Shown one piece after another: positions 1 to 11,229 of a DNA stretch of 55,341 nucleotides (positions are counted from its first letter, which is position 1; every line of letters begins with the position of its first letter). The DNA is from an uncultured Thermus sp. (GTDB taxonomy: Bacteria; Deinococcota; Deinococci; Deinococcales; Thermaceae): positions 1-55,341 of the forward strand of contig CAMTVD010000010.1 of the NCBI GenBank assembly GCA_947085095.1, given 5' to 3'. A program made the position numbers and the translations under genes. The notes below the pieces were generated by a model, which was not told where the DNA came from, made no database searches, and was given only the letters and a program-made list of their open reading frames with translations.

Positions 1-1
1 G

Positions 2-1006
2 TTTTCTAGCTCCCGGGAGTTCGTGGAGGCCGTCACCCGGGACCTCCTGGGGGGCAGGGTCTTCGTCTTCACCCCCAAGGGGCGGATCATCAACCTGCCC
101 AAGGGGGCTACCCCGGTGGACTTCGCCTACCACATCCACACCGAGGTGGGGCACCACATGGTGGGGGCCAAGGTGAACGGCAGGATCGTCCCCCTCTCCT
201 ACGAGCTGCAAAACGGGGAGATGGTGGAGATCCTCACCGCCAAGAACGCCCACCCCTCCAAGGGCTGGCTGGAGTTCGCCAAGACCCGATCCGCCAAGAG
301 CAAGATCCGCCAGTACTTCCGCGCCCAGGAGCGCCAGGAAACCCTGGAAAGAGGCCAGACCCTCCTGGAGCGCTACCTGAAGCGCCGGGGCCTGCCGAGG
401 CCCACGGACAGCCAGCTGGAGGAGGCGGCCAAAAGGCTTGGCCTCACCCCCTCCCCCGAGGAGCTCTACCTGGCCCTGGCTCAAAACCGCCTCACCCCCA
501 AGCAGGTGGCGGAAAAGCTCTACCCCAAGGCCCTCCTCAAGCCGGAGAGCCCCAAGAGGGTCCCCAAGAACGAGTGGGGGATCCGTCTGGACCAGGACCT
601 CGAGGCCCCCATCCGCCTGGCCTCCTGCTGCGAGCCCATGAAGGGGGACAGCATCCTGGGCTTCGTCACCCGGGGCCGGGGGGTCACGGTGCACCGGGCG
701 GACTGCCCCAACCTGCGCCGCCTCCTCGGGGGCCCCGAGGCGGACCGGGTCATCGGGGCCTACTGGGAAGGGGTGGGAGGAAAGGTGGCCACCCTCGAGG
801 TCCTGGCCCAGGACCGGGCCGGCCTCCTCCGGGACGTGATGCAGGTGGTGGCGGAGGCGGGGAAGAGCGCCTTGGGCTCGGAGACCCGCATCCTGGGGCC
901 TGTGGCCCGGATCCGCCTCCGCCTCACCGTGGGGGACGGGGAGCGGGAGGCCCTGGCCCAGGCCCTGAGGGGCGTGAAGAGCGTGGAGGAGGTGCGCTGG
1001 GTCTAA
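2..1006 (+). CDS. relA: RelA/SpoT (p)ppGpp synthetase/hydrolase, C-terminal part (5' truncated by window edge)
   Basis: TGS domain (VFVFTPKG..LPKGATPVDFAYHIHTEVG), CCEPMKGD..VHRADCPN zinc motif and C-terminal ACT domain (DRAGLLRDV). Frame is open from the window start. Confidence 0.95.
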   Translation, partial: FSSSREFVEAVTRDLLGGRVFVFTPKGRIINLPKGATPVDFAYHIHTEVGHHMVGAKVNGRIVPLSYELQNGEMVEILTAKNAHPSKGWLEFAKTRSAKSKIRQYFRAQERQETLERGQTLLERYLKRRGLPRPTDSQLEEAAKRLGLTPSPEELYLALAQNRLTPKQVAEKLYPKALLKPESPKRVPKNEWGIRLDQDLEAPIRLASCCEPMKGDSILGFVTRGRGVTVHRADCPNLRRLLGGPEADRVIGAYWEGVGGKVATLEVLAQDRAGLLRDVMQVVAEAGKSALGSETRILGPVARIRLRLTVGDGEREALAQALRGVKSVEEVRWV

Positions 1007-1065
1007 GGCCCCGTCCCGGCCTGCGCCAGGGCAGGAACCCCAGAGCCTCCAAGAAGACCCTTGGC

Positions 1066-1446
1066 CTATACAAGCTTTACCCAGACCTCCCGCTCCCGGG
1101 GTCCGTCGTACTCCGCCAGGAAGACCTGCTGCCAGCGCCCCAGGCGAAGCCGCCCCCCCTCGGCGGGGAGGAGGAGGTGGACCCCGGTGAGGAGGGTTTT
1201 GAGGTGGGCGTGGCTGTTCCCCTCGCCGTGGCGGTCCTTGGGGTGGAGGCGGGGGGCGAGCTCGGAGAGGCGCAGGAGGAGGTCATGGGCCACATCGGGG
1301 TCGGCCCCCTCCTGCACCGTGAGGCCGCAGGTGGTGTGGGGCACGAAGAGGTAGACCAGGCCGGTATGCCCCTCCAGAACGCCTTCCACCGCCCGGGTGA
1401 TGTTCACCAACCCCTCAGGGGGCGTGCGCACCGCAATCCTTTTCAT
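1066..1446 (-). CDS. YjbQ/UPF0047 family protein
   Basis: FVPHTTCGLTVQEGADPDV, HGEGNSHAHLK and LGRWQQVFLAEYDGPR motifs. Confidence 0.9.
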   Translation of the reverse strand: MKRIAVRTPPEGLVNITRAVEGVLEGHTGLVYLFVPHTTCGLTVQEGADPDVAHDLLLRLSELAPRLHPKDRHGEGNSHAHLKTLLTGVHLLLPAEGGRLRLGRWQQVFLAEYDGPREREVWVKLV

Positions 1447-1458
1447 GGCCCAAGCCTA

Positions 1459-2250
1459 CTAGGAAAGGCGGGAGGTGCGCAGGAAGAAGCGCTTCTCCAC
1501 GGGGAAGGGGCGGTCCAAATCGCCAAATTCCGCCTCCGCCCAGGAAAAAAGCCGGGGCATCACCCGTTCATGGACCTCCTGCGGCACCCCTCTGGTGAAG
1601 GAGAAAAGCCGCTCAAAGAGGGCCTCGAGGGCCTCCCTCAGGGTGCGCTCCTCCCGCCAGGCCACCACCTCCCGGGTCTTGGGCCTGAGGCCAAGCCGCC
1701 TTAAGGCCTCCTCCACCTCGGAAAGGCGCCTTCTGTGGAGCCCCCGCTCCACCAAGACCCCCTCCTCCGCCAAAAGCTCCCGCCACCTTTCCTGGAGGCG
1801 GCACTCGGGCTCGGCGGCCACCTGGTCCCAGCCCTCCAGAAGGACCCCCCCCGGTTTCAGGACCCTTAAGGCCTCGGCCAGGGCCCTCGGCCAGTCAGGA
1901 ATGAGGTGCCACAGGTGGACGGCAATCACCCCATGCACGCTCTCCCCGGGAAGGGGGATCTCCCGGGCATCGGCCACGAGAAGGCGCACCTTGCGCATGA
2001 CCCCCGCCGCCTTCTGCCGGAAGACCTCCAGCATGGCGGGGTCGCAGTCCAGGGCGATGTACCGGTACCCCCGGGCGATGAGGGGGAGGGCGATCCGCCC
2101 CGTGCCCACCCCCAGCTCCAGGAGGACAGGCTCCTCCCCCTTGCCCGCCACGGCGTGGCCCATGGCGGTGGCGATCCGCCCCGCCACCTCGGGAGGGTAG
2201 GCCCGGAGGCGGTCGTAGGCGTAGGCCACCCGGGTAAGGGCGCTGGACAT
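1459..2250 (-). CDS. Class I SAM-dependent methyltransferase
   Basis: LELGVGTGR SAM-binding motif and RVLKPGG. Start set at MSSAL (2250). Confidence 0.85.
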   Translation of the reverse strand: MSSALTRVAYAYDRLRAYPPEVAGRIATAMGHAVAGKGEEPVLLELGVGTGRIALPLIARGYRYIALDCDPAMLEVFRQKAAGVMRKVRLLVADAREIPLPGESVHGVIAVHLWHLIPDWPRALAEALRVLKPGGVLLEGWDQVAAEPECRLQERWRELLAEEGVLVERGLHRRRLSEVEEALRRLGLRPKTREVVAWREERTLREALEALFERLFSFTRGVPQEVHERVMPRLFSWAEAEFGDLDRPFPVEKRFFLRTSRLS

Positions 2251-2284
2251 CTCCCATCCCATTGTACGGGGTATACTCCGGGGC

Positions 2285-3331
2285 ATGAAAGGGCTCATTC
2301 TGGCCGCAGGAAGGGGCACGAGGCTCCGCCCCCTCACCCATACCAGGCCCAAGCCGGTGATCCGGGTGGCGGGCCGCCCCATCATCCACTACGCGGTGGA
2401 AAACCTTTTGGAAGCGGGCGTAGGGGAGATCGGGGTGGTGGTCTCCCCAGAGACGGAAAAGGATCTGCGCCTGGCCCTCGAGGGGTATCCCGTGGGCTTC
2501 ATCCTCCAGGAGGAACCCCAGGGGCTGGCCCACGCCGTGGCCGTGGCCCGGGACTTCCTGGGAGACAGCCCCTTTGTCCTCTACCTGGGGGACAACCTCT
2601 TCCAGAAGGGCATCCGGCCTTATCTGGAGTCTTTTCGGGAAGGGGTGAGCGCCGTCTTAGCCCTGGTCCGGGTGGAAGACCCCAGGCAGTTTGGGGTGGC
2701 CGTCCTAGAGGGGAGCCGGATCGTGCGGCTTTTGGAGAAGCCCAAGGAGCCCCCCTCGGACCTGGCGGTGGCGGGGGTGTACGTCTTCTCCCCGGAGGTG
2801 TGGGAGGTCATCCCTGGCCTTCGCCCCTCCGCCCGGGGGGAGTACGAGATCACCGACGCCATCCAGGGGCTCATTGACCAGGGGAGGCGGGTGGTAGGGG
2901 TGGAGGTCATGGGGTGGTGGAAGGACACGGGCCGCCCCGAGGACCTCCTGGACGCCAACCGCCTCCTCCTGGAGGAGCTCTCCCCCAGGGTGGAGGGGGA
3001 GGTGGTGGAAAGCACCCTCACCGGGAGGGTGGTGGTGGAAAAGGGAGCCAGGGTGGTGAAGAGCACCGTGATCGGCCCTGCCTTCATCGGAGAGGGGGCG
3101 GTGGTGGAGGGGGCCTACGTGGGGCCCTTCACCTCCTTGGGCCCTGGAGTGAGGGTGGTGGTCTCGGAGGTGGAGTACTCCATCCTCGAGGACCACGCTG
3201 TCCTGGAAAACGTCCCCCTGCGCCTCCAGGAGAGCATCCTGGGGGTAGGGACCAGGGTGGGGAGCCGCAACGGCCTCCCCCGGGCCCACCGCCTGGTCCT
3301 GGGGGACCTCTCCCAGGTGGAGCTGGCCTGA
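2285..3331 (+). CDS. Glucose-1-phosphate thymidylyltransferase (long form)
   Basis: LILAAGRGTRLRPLT..PKP, YLGDN, SARGEYEITDAI motifs and C-terminal hexapeptide repeats. Confidence 0.85.
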   Translation: MKGLILAAGRGTRLRPLTHTRPKPVIRVAGRPIIHYAVENLLEAGVGEIGVVVSPETEKDLRLALEGYPVGFILQEEPQGLAHAVAVARDFLGDSPFVLYLGDNLFQKGIRPYLESFREGVSAVLALVRVEDPRQFGVAVLEGSRIVRLLEKPKEPPSDLAVAGVYVFSPEVWEVIPGLRPSARGEYEITDAIQGLIDQGRRVVGVEVMGWWKDTGRPEDLLDANRLLLEELSPRVEGEVVESTLTGRVVVEKGARVVKSTVIGPAFIGEGAVVEGAYVGPFTSLGPGVRVVVSEVEYSILEDHAVLENVPLRLQESILGVGTRVGSRNGLPRAHRLVLGDLSQVELA

Positions 3332-3361
3332 GCCGCCGAGCTTTCCCCAGGCAAAAGGGGC

Positions 3362-4246
3362 ATGGGACTCCTGGATCTTTTGGACGAGACCTACCAGAGG
3401 GGCGAGACCCTGGCCGACCGCCTCGGGGTGAGCCGGGCCGCGGTCTCCAAGGAAGCAAAGCGGCTTTTGGCCGAGGGCTTTCCCGTGGAGGTGGGCCGGC
3501 GAGGCTACCGCATCCGCCCCGGCACCCCCCTCCCCCACCTCTTCCAGCCCAAAGGACGCCTGGGAAAGCCCTACCGCTACCTGGGCCGGGTGGGGAGCAC
3601 CCAGGACATCCTCAGGGCCTGGGCCGAGGCGGGGGCCCCCGAGGGGGCCCTGGTCCTGGCCGAGGTGCAGGAGAAGGGGCGGGGCCGCCGGGGAAGGGGG
3701 TGGGAAAGCCGCCCTGGGGATAGCCTCACCTTCTCCCTCCTCTTGAGGCCCGCCCTCCCCCTCTCCGCCCTAAGCCTCCTCCCCCTCCTCGCGGGCCTGG
3801 CCCTCTGGGAGGCCGTGGGACTGGGGGGGCTCAAGTGGCCCAACGACCTCCTGGCCCCGGACGGGAGGAAGCTGGCGGGGGTCCTCCTGGAGGCCAAGGC
3901 CGAGGGGGAGGAGGTGGCCTACGCCCTCCTGGGGGTAGGGGTCAACGTGGCCTGGGCCCCGGAGGGGGCGGCCTTTCTCCAGGAGTTCGGCTCCTACTCC
4001 AGGCGGGAGGTCCTCCTCGCCTTCCTCCGCCACCTGGAGGCCCTCCTTCCCCTCCTCGAGGACCCCGAAACCCTCCTCGCCCGCTACCGTCAGGCCTCCT
4101 CTACCCTGGGGCAGAGGGTGCGGGTGGAAACCCCCAAAGGGAGGGTGGAGGGGGTGGCGGAAGACCTCCTCCCCGACGGGAGCCTCCTGGTGGGGGGGGT
4201 GCGGGTGGGGGCGGGGGAGGTGGAGCTTCTCCCCCTCCTTGAGTAA
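3362..4246 (+). CDS. birA: Bifunctional biotin-[acetyl-CoA carboxylase] ligase/repressor
   Basis: N-terminal HTH (LADRLGVSRAAVSK), GRGRRGRGW, KWPNDL and KLAGVLLE motifs. Confidence 0.92.
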   Translation: MGLLDLLDETYQRGETLADRLGVSRAAVSKEAKRLLAEGFPVEVGRRGYRIRPGTPLPHLFQPKGRLGKPYRYLGRVGSTQDILRAWAEAGAPEGALVLAEVQEKGRGRRGRGWESRPGDSLTFSLLLRPALPLSALSLLPLLAGLALWEAVGLGGLKWPNDLLAPDGRKLAGVLLEAKAEGEEVAYALLGVGVNVAWAPEGAAFLQEFGSYSRREVLLAFLRHLEALLPLLEDPETLLARYRQASSTLGQRVRVETPKGRVEGVAEDLLPDGSLLVGGVRVGAGEVELLPLLE

Positions 4247-4293
4247 GTCAGGCTTAGATTTTCCTCGCATATTGTGTTACTATAAGGTCAGGT

Positions 4294-4713
4294 ATGTTCG
4301 CCCGCATCTTCACCAAGGAGGAGGCCGATGCCCTCCTGCCCGAGCTCAGACGGGTCCTTAAGGAGATGCGCCAGGCCAGGCAGGAGCTTCTAGAGGCCCA
4401 GGCCCGGCTTCCCGATACCCGGGGGCTGGAGCGGCGGGCCCTGGAGGAGGAGGTGCGCTTCCTTCTGGGTACCCTCGAGGCCGACGCCCGCTACCTGGCC
4501 TCCCTGGGCGTCTTCCTCAAGGACCTGGACCGGGGCCTCGTGGACTTCCCCGCCCGCCTTGGGGGCGAGGTGGTCTTCCTCTGCTGGCAGGAGGGGGAGG
4601 CCGAGGTGGGTCACTACCACCCCCTCTCCGGGGGCTTCAAGGACCGCCTCCCCCTAAAGGCTACCCTTCTCCCCCAAAAGACCCGCCCCGGCGAAACTCA
4701 GCCAGGCGCCTGA
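4294..4713 (+). CDS. DUF2203-like protein
   Basis: FTKEEADALLP, KDLDRGLVDFPA..VFLCWQEGE..H..GGF..R pattern. Confidence 0.75.
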   Translation: MFARIFTKEEADALLPELRRVLKEMRQARQELLEAQARLPDTRGLERRALEEEVRFLLGTLEADARYLASLGVFLKDLDRGLVDFPARLGGEVVFLCWQEGEAEVGHYHPLSGGFKDRLPLKATLLPQKTRPGETQPGA

Positions 4714-5056
4714 GGTCCTCCCTTACCAGGTCGTCCCGGCCTGCCAGGGACTCCAGGTGGTGCCTGAGCTCGTGGAGGAGGGTTTCCCACACCTCCCCCT
4801 CCCAGTCAAACCCCGGCCCCGCCACCTCCAAAAAGGAGCCATAGTAAAGAGCGATGTGCCGCCCCAGGCCCTCAAACCCGCCAAAGGACGAGGGGGGGCC
4901 TGGGTCCAGGTACTCCCCAAGCCGCCACACCCCCTCTAGCCCCGGCTCGGGCTTGGCCTGGGGGAGGACGTGCACCCCCTGCACTCCCCGCTTGAAGGGC
5001 TCGGGGATCTCTTGCCAAAGGCGCTCCACCAGGTTCACAAACTCGAGGTAGGTCAT
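4661..5056 (-). CDS. Minimal zincin-like metallopeptidase
   Basis: TLLHELRHHLE (HExxH) preceded by IALYYGSF. Coupled to rlmH. Confidence 0.75.
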   Translation of the reverse strand: MTYLEFVNLVERLWQEIPEPFKRGVQGVHVLPQAKPEPGLEGVWRLGEYLDPGPPSSFGGFEGLGRHIALYYGSFLEVAGPGFDWEGEVWETLLHELRHHLESLAGRDDLVREDLRRLAEFRRGGSFGGEG

Positions 5057-5466
5057 GGCCGGTGATAGGGGTGCCCCACCCTCAGGGTGAGGATGCGGTA
5101 GAGTTGCTCCAGGAGAACCAGAAGGGCCAGCTCGTGCTGCAAGGTGAGGGGGGAGAGGGAAAGGACGAGGTCCGCCCCTCGCCGCACCTCCTCCGGGTGC
5201 CCCTCCGCCCCGCCCACCAGGAAGGCCACCCGTTCGCCCTCAAAACCCAGCAGGAAGCGGTAAAGCTCCTCCGTGGTGAAAAGCCTTCCCCGCTCGTCCA
5301 GGACGATTCTCCGGTGCCCCTCCGCCTTAGGAAGGAGCTCCCCGGCCTCCCGCACGTATAGGAGCTCCAGGGGAGCGTAGCGCCGAATGCGCTCCCCATA
5401 GAGCTCCACCCCCAGCCGGGCATAGGGGAGCCTAGGCCTCCCCACCGCCACCACCCGCAACCGCAC
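5053..5466 (-). CDS. rlmH: 23S rRNA pseudouridine1915 N3-methyltransferase
   Basis: SPOUT motifs LDERG, FLVGGAEG, LSLSPLTLQHEL..LLEQLYR and C-terminal HPYHR. Confidence 0.95.
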   Translation of the reverse strand: MRLRVVAVGRPRLPYARLGVELYGERIRRYAPLELLYVREAGELLPKAEGHRRIVLDERGRLFTTEELYRFLLGFEGERVAFLVGGAEGHPEEVRRGADLVLSLSPLTLQHELALLVLLEQLYRILTLRVGHPYHRP

Positions 5467-5472
5467 ACCTAG

Positions 5473-6687
<1,215 letters not shown>

Positions 6688-6696
6688 GGGGTGGGT

Positions 6697-7671
6697 ATGG
6701 CAGTCATGACCATGGTGCAGGCCCTGAACCGGGCTCTGGACGAGGAGATGGCCAAGGACCCCAGGGTGGTGGTCCTGGGGGAGGACGTGGGGAAAAGGGG
6801 CGGGGTTTTCCTGGTGACCGAGGGGCTTCTGCAAAAGTACGGTCCCGACCGGGTCATGGACACCCCCCTCTCCGAGGCCGCCATCGTGGGGGCCGCCTTG
6901 GGCATGGCGGCCCACGGCCTGAGGCCCGTGGCGGAGATCCAGTTCGCCGACTACATCTTCCCGGGCTTTGACCAGCTGGTGAGCCAGGTGGCCAAGCTCC
7001 GCTACCGCTCGGGGGGCCAGTTCACCGCGCCTTTGGTGGTGCGCATGCCCTCCGGGGGTGGGGTCAAGGGGGGGCACCACCACTCCCAAAGCCCCGAGGC
7101 CCACTTCGTCCACACCGCAGGCCTCAAGGTGGTGGCGGTCTCCACCCCCTACGACGCCAAGGGGCTCTTGAAAGCCGCCATCCGCGACGAGGACCCCGTG
7201 GTCTTCCTGGAGCCCAAGCGCCTCTACCGCTCGGTGAAGGAGGAGGTGCCCGAGGAGGATTACCTGCTCCCCATCGGCAAGGCCGCCATCCGGCGGGAGG
7301 GGAAGGACCTCTCCCTCATCGCCTACGGGGCGGTGATGCCCGAGGTGCTCCAGGCGGCGGAGGAGCTGGCTAGGGCCGGGATCTCCGCCGAGGTCCTGGA
7401 CCTAAGGAGCCTCATGCCCTGGGACTACGAGGCGGTCATGAACTCCGTGGCCAAGACGGGGCGGGCGGTCCTTATCGCCGACGCCCCCAGGCACGCCAGC
7501 TTCGTCAGCGAGGTGGCGGCCACCATCGCCGAGGAGATCCTGGACATGCTCCTGGCCCCCCCCATCCGGGTCACGGGGTTTGACACCCCTTACCCCTACG
7601 CCCAGGACAAGCTCTACATGCCCACGGTGACCCGTATCCTTAACGCCGCCAAGCGGGCCTTAGAATACTAG
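6697..7671 (+). CDS. Branched-chain 2-oxoacid dehydrogenase E1 beta
   Basis: GEDVG..GGVF, DTPLSE, EIQFADY and HHSQSPE motifs. Confidence 0.92.
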   Translation: MAVMTMVQALNRALDEEMAKDPRVVVLGEDVGKRGGVFLVTEGLLQKYGPDRVMDTPLSEAAIVGAALGMAAHGLRPVAEIQFADYIFPGFDQLVSQVAKLRYRSGGQFTAPLVVRMPSGGGVKGGHHHSQSPEAHFVHTAGLKVVAVSTPYDAKGLLKAAIRDEDPVVFLEPKRLYRSVKEEVPEEDYLLPIGKAAIRREGKDLSLIAYGAVMPEVLQAAEELARAGISAEVLDLRSLMPWDYEAVMNSVAKTGRAVLIADAPRHASFVSEVAATIAEEILDMLLAPPIRVTGFDTPYPYAQDKLYMPTVTRILNAAKRALEY

Positions 7672-7681
7672 AGGAGACCCT

Positions 7682-7879
7682 ATGCGTCTGAAAGTAGTCC
7701 TTGAAAAAAGCGAAGATGGCGGGTACACGGTGTACGTGCCTGCGCTTCCGGGTTGCATAAGCGAGGGGGACACCCTCGAGGAGGCCCTAGCCAACATTCG
7801 CGAAGCCATCGCCCTCTACCTGGAGCCTCTGGAGGAAGATGTTCCCCAGGGAGGGGAGCTAGCCGAGGTGGAGGTTTGA
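7682..7879 (+). CDS. hicB: HicB family antitoxin (short form)
   Basis: GGYTVYVPALPGCISEGDTLEEALANIREAIALYLE signature. Confidence 0.88.
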   Translation: MRLKVVLEKSEDGGYTVYVPALPGCISEGDTLEEALANIREAIALYLEPLEEDVPQGGELAEVEV

Positions 7880-8101
7880 AAGTTCCCTCCCTTTCCTACC
7901 AAAAGGGTGGTGAGGGTTCTGGAAAGGGCGGGCTTTAAGGTGGTGGGCCAGAGGGGAAGCCACATCCGCATGGAAAAGCGTCTAGAGGAGGGCAAGATCA
8001 CCGTCATCGTGCCCGCCCACATCCCCATCAAGCGCTCTACCTTGGCGCGGATCATCAAAGATTCCGGGCTTGACCTGGAAGAATTTCTAAATCTGCTCTA
8101 G
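7876..8101 (+). pseudogene. hicA: HicA family toxin with +1 frameshift near the 5' end
   Basis: TTG at 7876 overlaps the hicB stop and gives MKVPSLSYQK. One extra base in CAAAAGGGTG (7900-7909) then shifts to VVRVLERAGF..QRGSHIRM..VIVPAH..TLARII. Confidence 0.75.
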
Positions 8102-8110
8102 AGGAGACCC

Positions 8111-9481
8111 ATGCCCAAGGAAATCCTCATGCCGGAACTGGCAGAAAGCGTGGTGGAGGGCGAGATCCTGAAGTGGCTGGTGGAGGAGGGGGACTACCTG
8201 AAGAAGGACCAGCCCTTCGTGGAGGTGATGACCGACAAGGTCACCGTGGAGCTCCCCTCCCCCTACGAAGGCGTCCTCCTGAAGAAGCTGGCCAAAGAAG
8301 GGGAGGTGGTCAAGGTCCACGCCCCCATCGCCCTCATCGCCGAGCCGGGGGAGGCGGTAAAAGGGGTGAAGGAGCCTCCCCCGGTGCAGGCCCGGGAGGA
8401 GCGCTCCATCGTGGAGCCGGGCCTTCCCCCCAAGGAGGAGAAGGAGGACCTCTCCCTCTTCAAGCCCGACCCCACCCAGGTGGCGGTGAAAAACCCCTTC
8501 CTGACCGAAAAGCCCAAGGAGGAGGCCAAGGCGGGCAGAGTCTTGGCCGTCCCCGCCGCCAGGAAGCTCGCCCGGGAGCTGGGCATCCCCATAGAGGCGG
8601 TCCCGGGCTCAGGGCCCCTGGGCCGGGTGCGGGTGGAGGACGTGCGGGCCTACGCCGAAAAGCTGAAGGCCCCGCCCTCCCCTCCCCCGGCGCCAGCCTC
8701 CCCGCCTCCCCAGGAAGCCCCCGCCCCGGTGGGCTTCCCACCTCCCCCCAGGTACACCTCCCCCAAGGGGTACGAGCACCTGGAGGAGCGCGTCCCCCTG
8801 AGGGGCATCCGCCGCACCATCGCCCAAGGCCTCTGGCAGAGCCACCTCTACACCGTGCGCACCCTGAATGCCGATGAAGCCGACCTCACGGAGCTGGTGG
8901 CCCTTCGGGAGAGGCTAAAGGGAGAGGCGGAGCGCCAGGGAGTCAGGCTCACCTACCTGCCCTTCATCGTCAAGGCGGTGGTGCGGGCCCTGAAGAAGTA
9001 CCCCATGCTGAACACCAGCCTGGACGAGGAGAAGGGGGAGATCGTCTACAAGCGCTACTACCACATCGGCCTGGCGGTGGCCACGGAGAAGGGGCTCATC
9101 GTCCCGGTGATCCGGGACGCTGACCGCAAGAGCCTTCTGGAGCTGGCCCAGGAAATCGCCGACCTCTCCCAAAAGGCCCGGGAGGGGCGGCTTTCCCCAG
9201 AGGAGGTCTCGGGGTCCACCTTCACCATCACCAACATCGGCTCTGTGGGAGCCACCTTCAGCTTCCCCATCATCAACGTGCCCGAGGCCGCCATCCTGGG
9301 CGTTCACTCCATCAGGAAGCGCCCCTGGGTCATGCCCGATGGCTCCATCCAAGCCCGGGACATCATGTTCCTCTCCCTTTCCTTTGACCACCGCCTGGTG
9401 GACGGGGCCGAGGCGGCCATGTTCACCAGGGAGGTGATAAGGCTTCTGGAGAAGCCCGAGACCCTGATGTTGGAGATGTGA
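8111..9481 (+). CDS. Dihydrolipoamide acyltransferase E2
   Basis: Lipoyl domain (TDKVTVE), E3-binding PAARKLARELGI, Pro-rich linker and catalytic DHRLVDG. Confidence 0.95.
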   Translation: MPKEILMPELAESVVEGEILKWLVEEGDYLKKDQPFVEVMTDKVTVELPSPYEGVLLKKLAKEGEVVKVHAPIALIAEPGEAVKGVKEPPPVQAREERSIVEPGLPPKEEKEDLSLFKPDPTQVAVKNPFLTEKPKEEAKAGRVLAVPAARKLARELGIPIEAVPGSGPLGRVRVEDVRAYAEKLKAPPSPPPAPASPPPQEAPAPVGFPPPPRYTSPKGYEHLEERVPLRGIRRTIAQGLWQSHLYTVRTLNADEADLTELVALRERLKGEAERQGVRLTYLPFIVKAVVRALKKYPMLNTSLDEEKGEIVYKRYYHIGLAVATEKGLIVPVIRDADRKSLLELAQEIADLSQKAREGRLSPEEVSGSTFTITNIGSVGATFSFPIINVPEAAILGVHSIRKRPWVMPDGSIQARDIMFLSLSFDHRLVDGAEAAMFTREVIRLLEKPETLMLEM

Positions 9482-9498
9482 GAACCATAGAGGACACC

Positions 9499-10899
9499 AT
9501 GACCCACGAAAACGAGCGCATCTACGACCTCATCGTCATCGGCACCGGGCCCGGGGGGTACCACGCCGCCATCCGCGGGGCCCAGCTGGGCCTAAGGGTT
9601 TTGGCAGTGGAAGCGGAGAGGGTGGGCGGGGTGTGCCTCAACGTGGGGTGCATCCCCACCAAGGCCCTTCTCCACGCCGCGGAGACCCTCCACGCCCTGA
9701 AGGCGGGGGAGGCCTTCGGCCTGAAGGCGGAGGCCGCCCTGGACCACAAAAAGCTCGCCGCCTGGCGGGAGAGCGTGGTGAAGCGGCTCACCGGGGGGGT
9801 GTCCACCCTCCTCAAGGGGAATAAGGTGGACCTGGTCCAGGGCTTCGCCCGGCTCCTCGGCCCCAAGGAGATTGAGGTAAACGGAAACCGCTACCAAGCC
9901 CGAAGCCTCATCCTGGCCACGGGGAGCGAGCCCATGCCCCTCAAGGGCTTCCCCTTCGGGGAAGACGTCTGGGACTCCACCCGCGCCTTGAGGGTGGAGG
10001 AAGGTGTCCCCAAGCGCCTCCTGGTGATCGGGGGCGGGGCGGTGGGGTTGGAGTTTGGCCAGATCTACCGCCGCCTGGGAGCGGAGGTGACCCTCATTGA
10101 GTACATGCCCGAGATCCTCCCCCAAGGGGACCCGGAGACCGCCGGCCTCCTCCACCGGGCCCTGGAGAAGGAGGGGATCAGGGTCCGCACCGGTACCCAG
10201 GCCCTGGGCTACGAGAAGAGGAAGGACGGCCTCCACGTGGTCCTCTCACCCGCAGGAGGGGGCAAGGAGGAAACCCTGGTGGTGGACAAGGTCCTCTTGG
10301 CCGTGGGCCGGAGGCCCCGCACCCAGGGGCTGGGCCTGGAAAAGGCCGGGGTGGCCTTGGACGAAAGGGGCTTCGTCCGAGTGGATGCCTGCATGGAGAC
10401 GAGCCAGAAAGGGGTCTACGCCATCGGGGACGTGGCCCGCCCCCCCCTCCTGGCCCACAAGGCCATGAGGGAAGGGCTCATCGCCGCGGAGAACGCCGCC
10501 GGGAAGGACAGCGCCTTTGACTACCAGGTCCCCGCCGTGGTCTACACCGCCCCCGAGTGGGCGGGGGTGGGCCTCACCGAGGAGGAGGCGAAAAAGGCGG
10601 GGTACAGGGTGCGGGTGGGCAGGTTCCCCCTGGCCGCCTCGGGCCGGGCCCTCACCCTGGGGGCCCCGGAGGGCCTGGTCAAGGTGGTGGGGGACGAGGA
10701 AACCGACCTCCTCCTGGGGGTCTTCATCGTGGGACCCCAGGCGGGGGAGTTCATCGCCGAGGCCACCTTGGCCCTGGAGATGGGGGCCACGGTTTCCGAC
10801 CTGGGCCTCACCATCCACCCCCACCCCACCCTCTCCGAGGGGCTCATGGAGGCGGCGGAGGCCCTCCACAAACAGGCCATCCACATCCTGAACCGTTGA
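9499..10899 (+). CDS. lpdA: Dihydrolipoamide dehydrogenase E3
   Basis: GTGPGGY, GGVCLNVGCIPTK redox disulfide and HPHPTLSE. Confidence 0.95.
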   Translation: MTHENERIYDLIVIGTGPGGYHAAIRGAQLGLRVLAVEAERVGGVCLNVGCIPTKALLHAAETLHALKAGEAFGLKAEAALDHKKLAAWRESVVKRLTGGVSTLLKGNKVDLVQGFARLLGPKEIEVNGNRYQARSLILATGSEPMPLKGFPFGEDVWDSTRALRVEEGVPKRLLVIGGGAVGLEFGQIYRRLGAEVTLIEYMPEILPQGDPETAGLLHRALEKEGIRVRTGTQALGYEKRKDGLHVVLSPAGGGKEETLVVDKVLLAVGRRPRTQGLGLEKAGVALDERGFVRVDACMETSQKGVYAIGDVARPPLLAHKAMREGLIAAENAAGKDSAFDYQVPAVVYTAPEWAGVGLTEEEAKKAGYRVRVGRFPLAASGRALTLGAPEGLVKVVGDEETDLLLGVFIVGPQAGEFIAEATLALEMGATVSDLGLTIHPHPTLSEGLMEAAEALHKQAIHILNR

Positions 10900-10922
10900 C
10901 CCAACAGGTTTCTTGGGAGTTC

Positions 10923-10946
10923 CCGGTGGGGCTTCTGCCCCACCGG
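10923..10946. terminator. Hairpin between convergent lpdA and azlD
   Basis: Perfect 10-bp stem CCGGTGGGGC-TTCT-GCCCCACCGG. No clear U tract. Confidence 0.6.
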
Positions 10947-10950
10947 ACCC

Positions 10951-11229
10951 TTAAAAGCCCAGGGCCCCGAGAAGCCCGTAAAGCCCTGCCCCCAGGAAGA
11001 CGGCCACGCCCAGGTTCCCGGTGAGCCTAAGCCCCAGATAGGTGCCAAGAAGGGCCAAGGCCGCCCGGACCCACTCGGAAGAGGGAGGCGGGCTGAAGGC
11101 GGAGACCAGGAAGAGGGCCACCACCAAGGCGGGCCCTGCCTGGCCCGTCTTCAGGCTTTTTTCCCCCCGCCAGGGCAGAAAGCGGAGGAGAAAGGTGCCC
11201 AAAGCCAGAAGGAGAAGGGCCAGGGTCAT
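10951..11229 (-). CDS. azlD: AzlD-family branched-chain amino acid transport protein
   Basis: Small hydrophobic ORF (GTFLLRFLP) overlapping the azlC stop (ATGA). Confidence 0.75.
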   Translation of the reverse strand: MTLALLLLALGTFLLRFLPWRGEKSLKTGQAGPALVVALFLVSAFSPPPSSEWVRAALALLGTYLGLRLTGNLGVAVFLGAGLYGLLGALGF

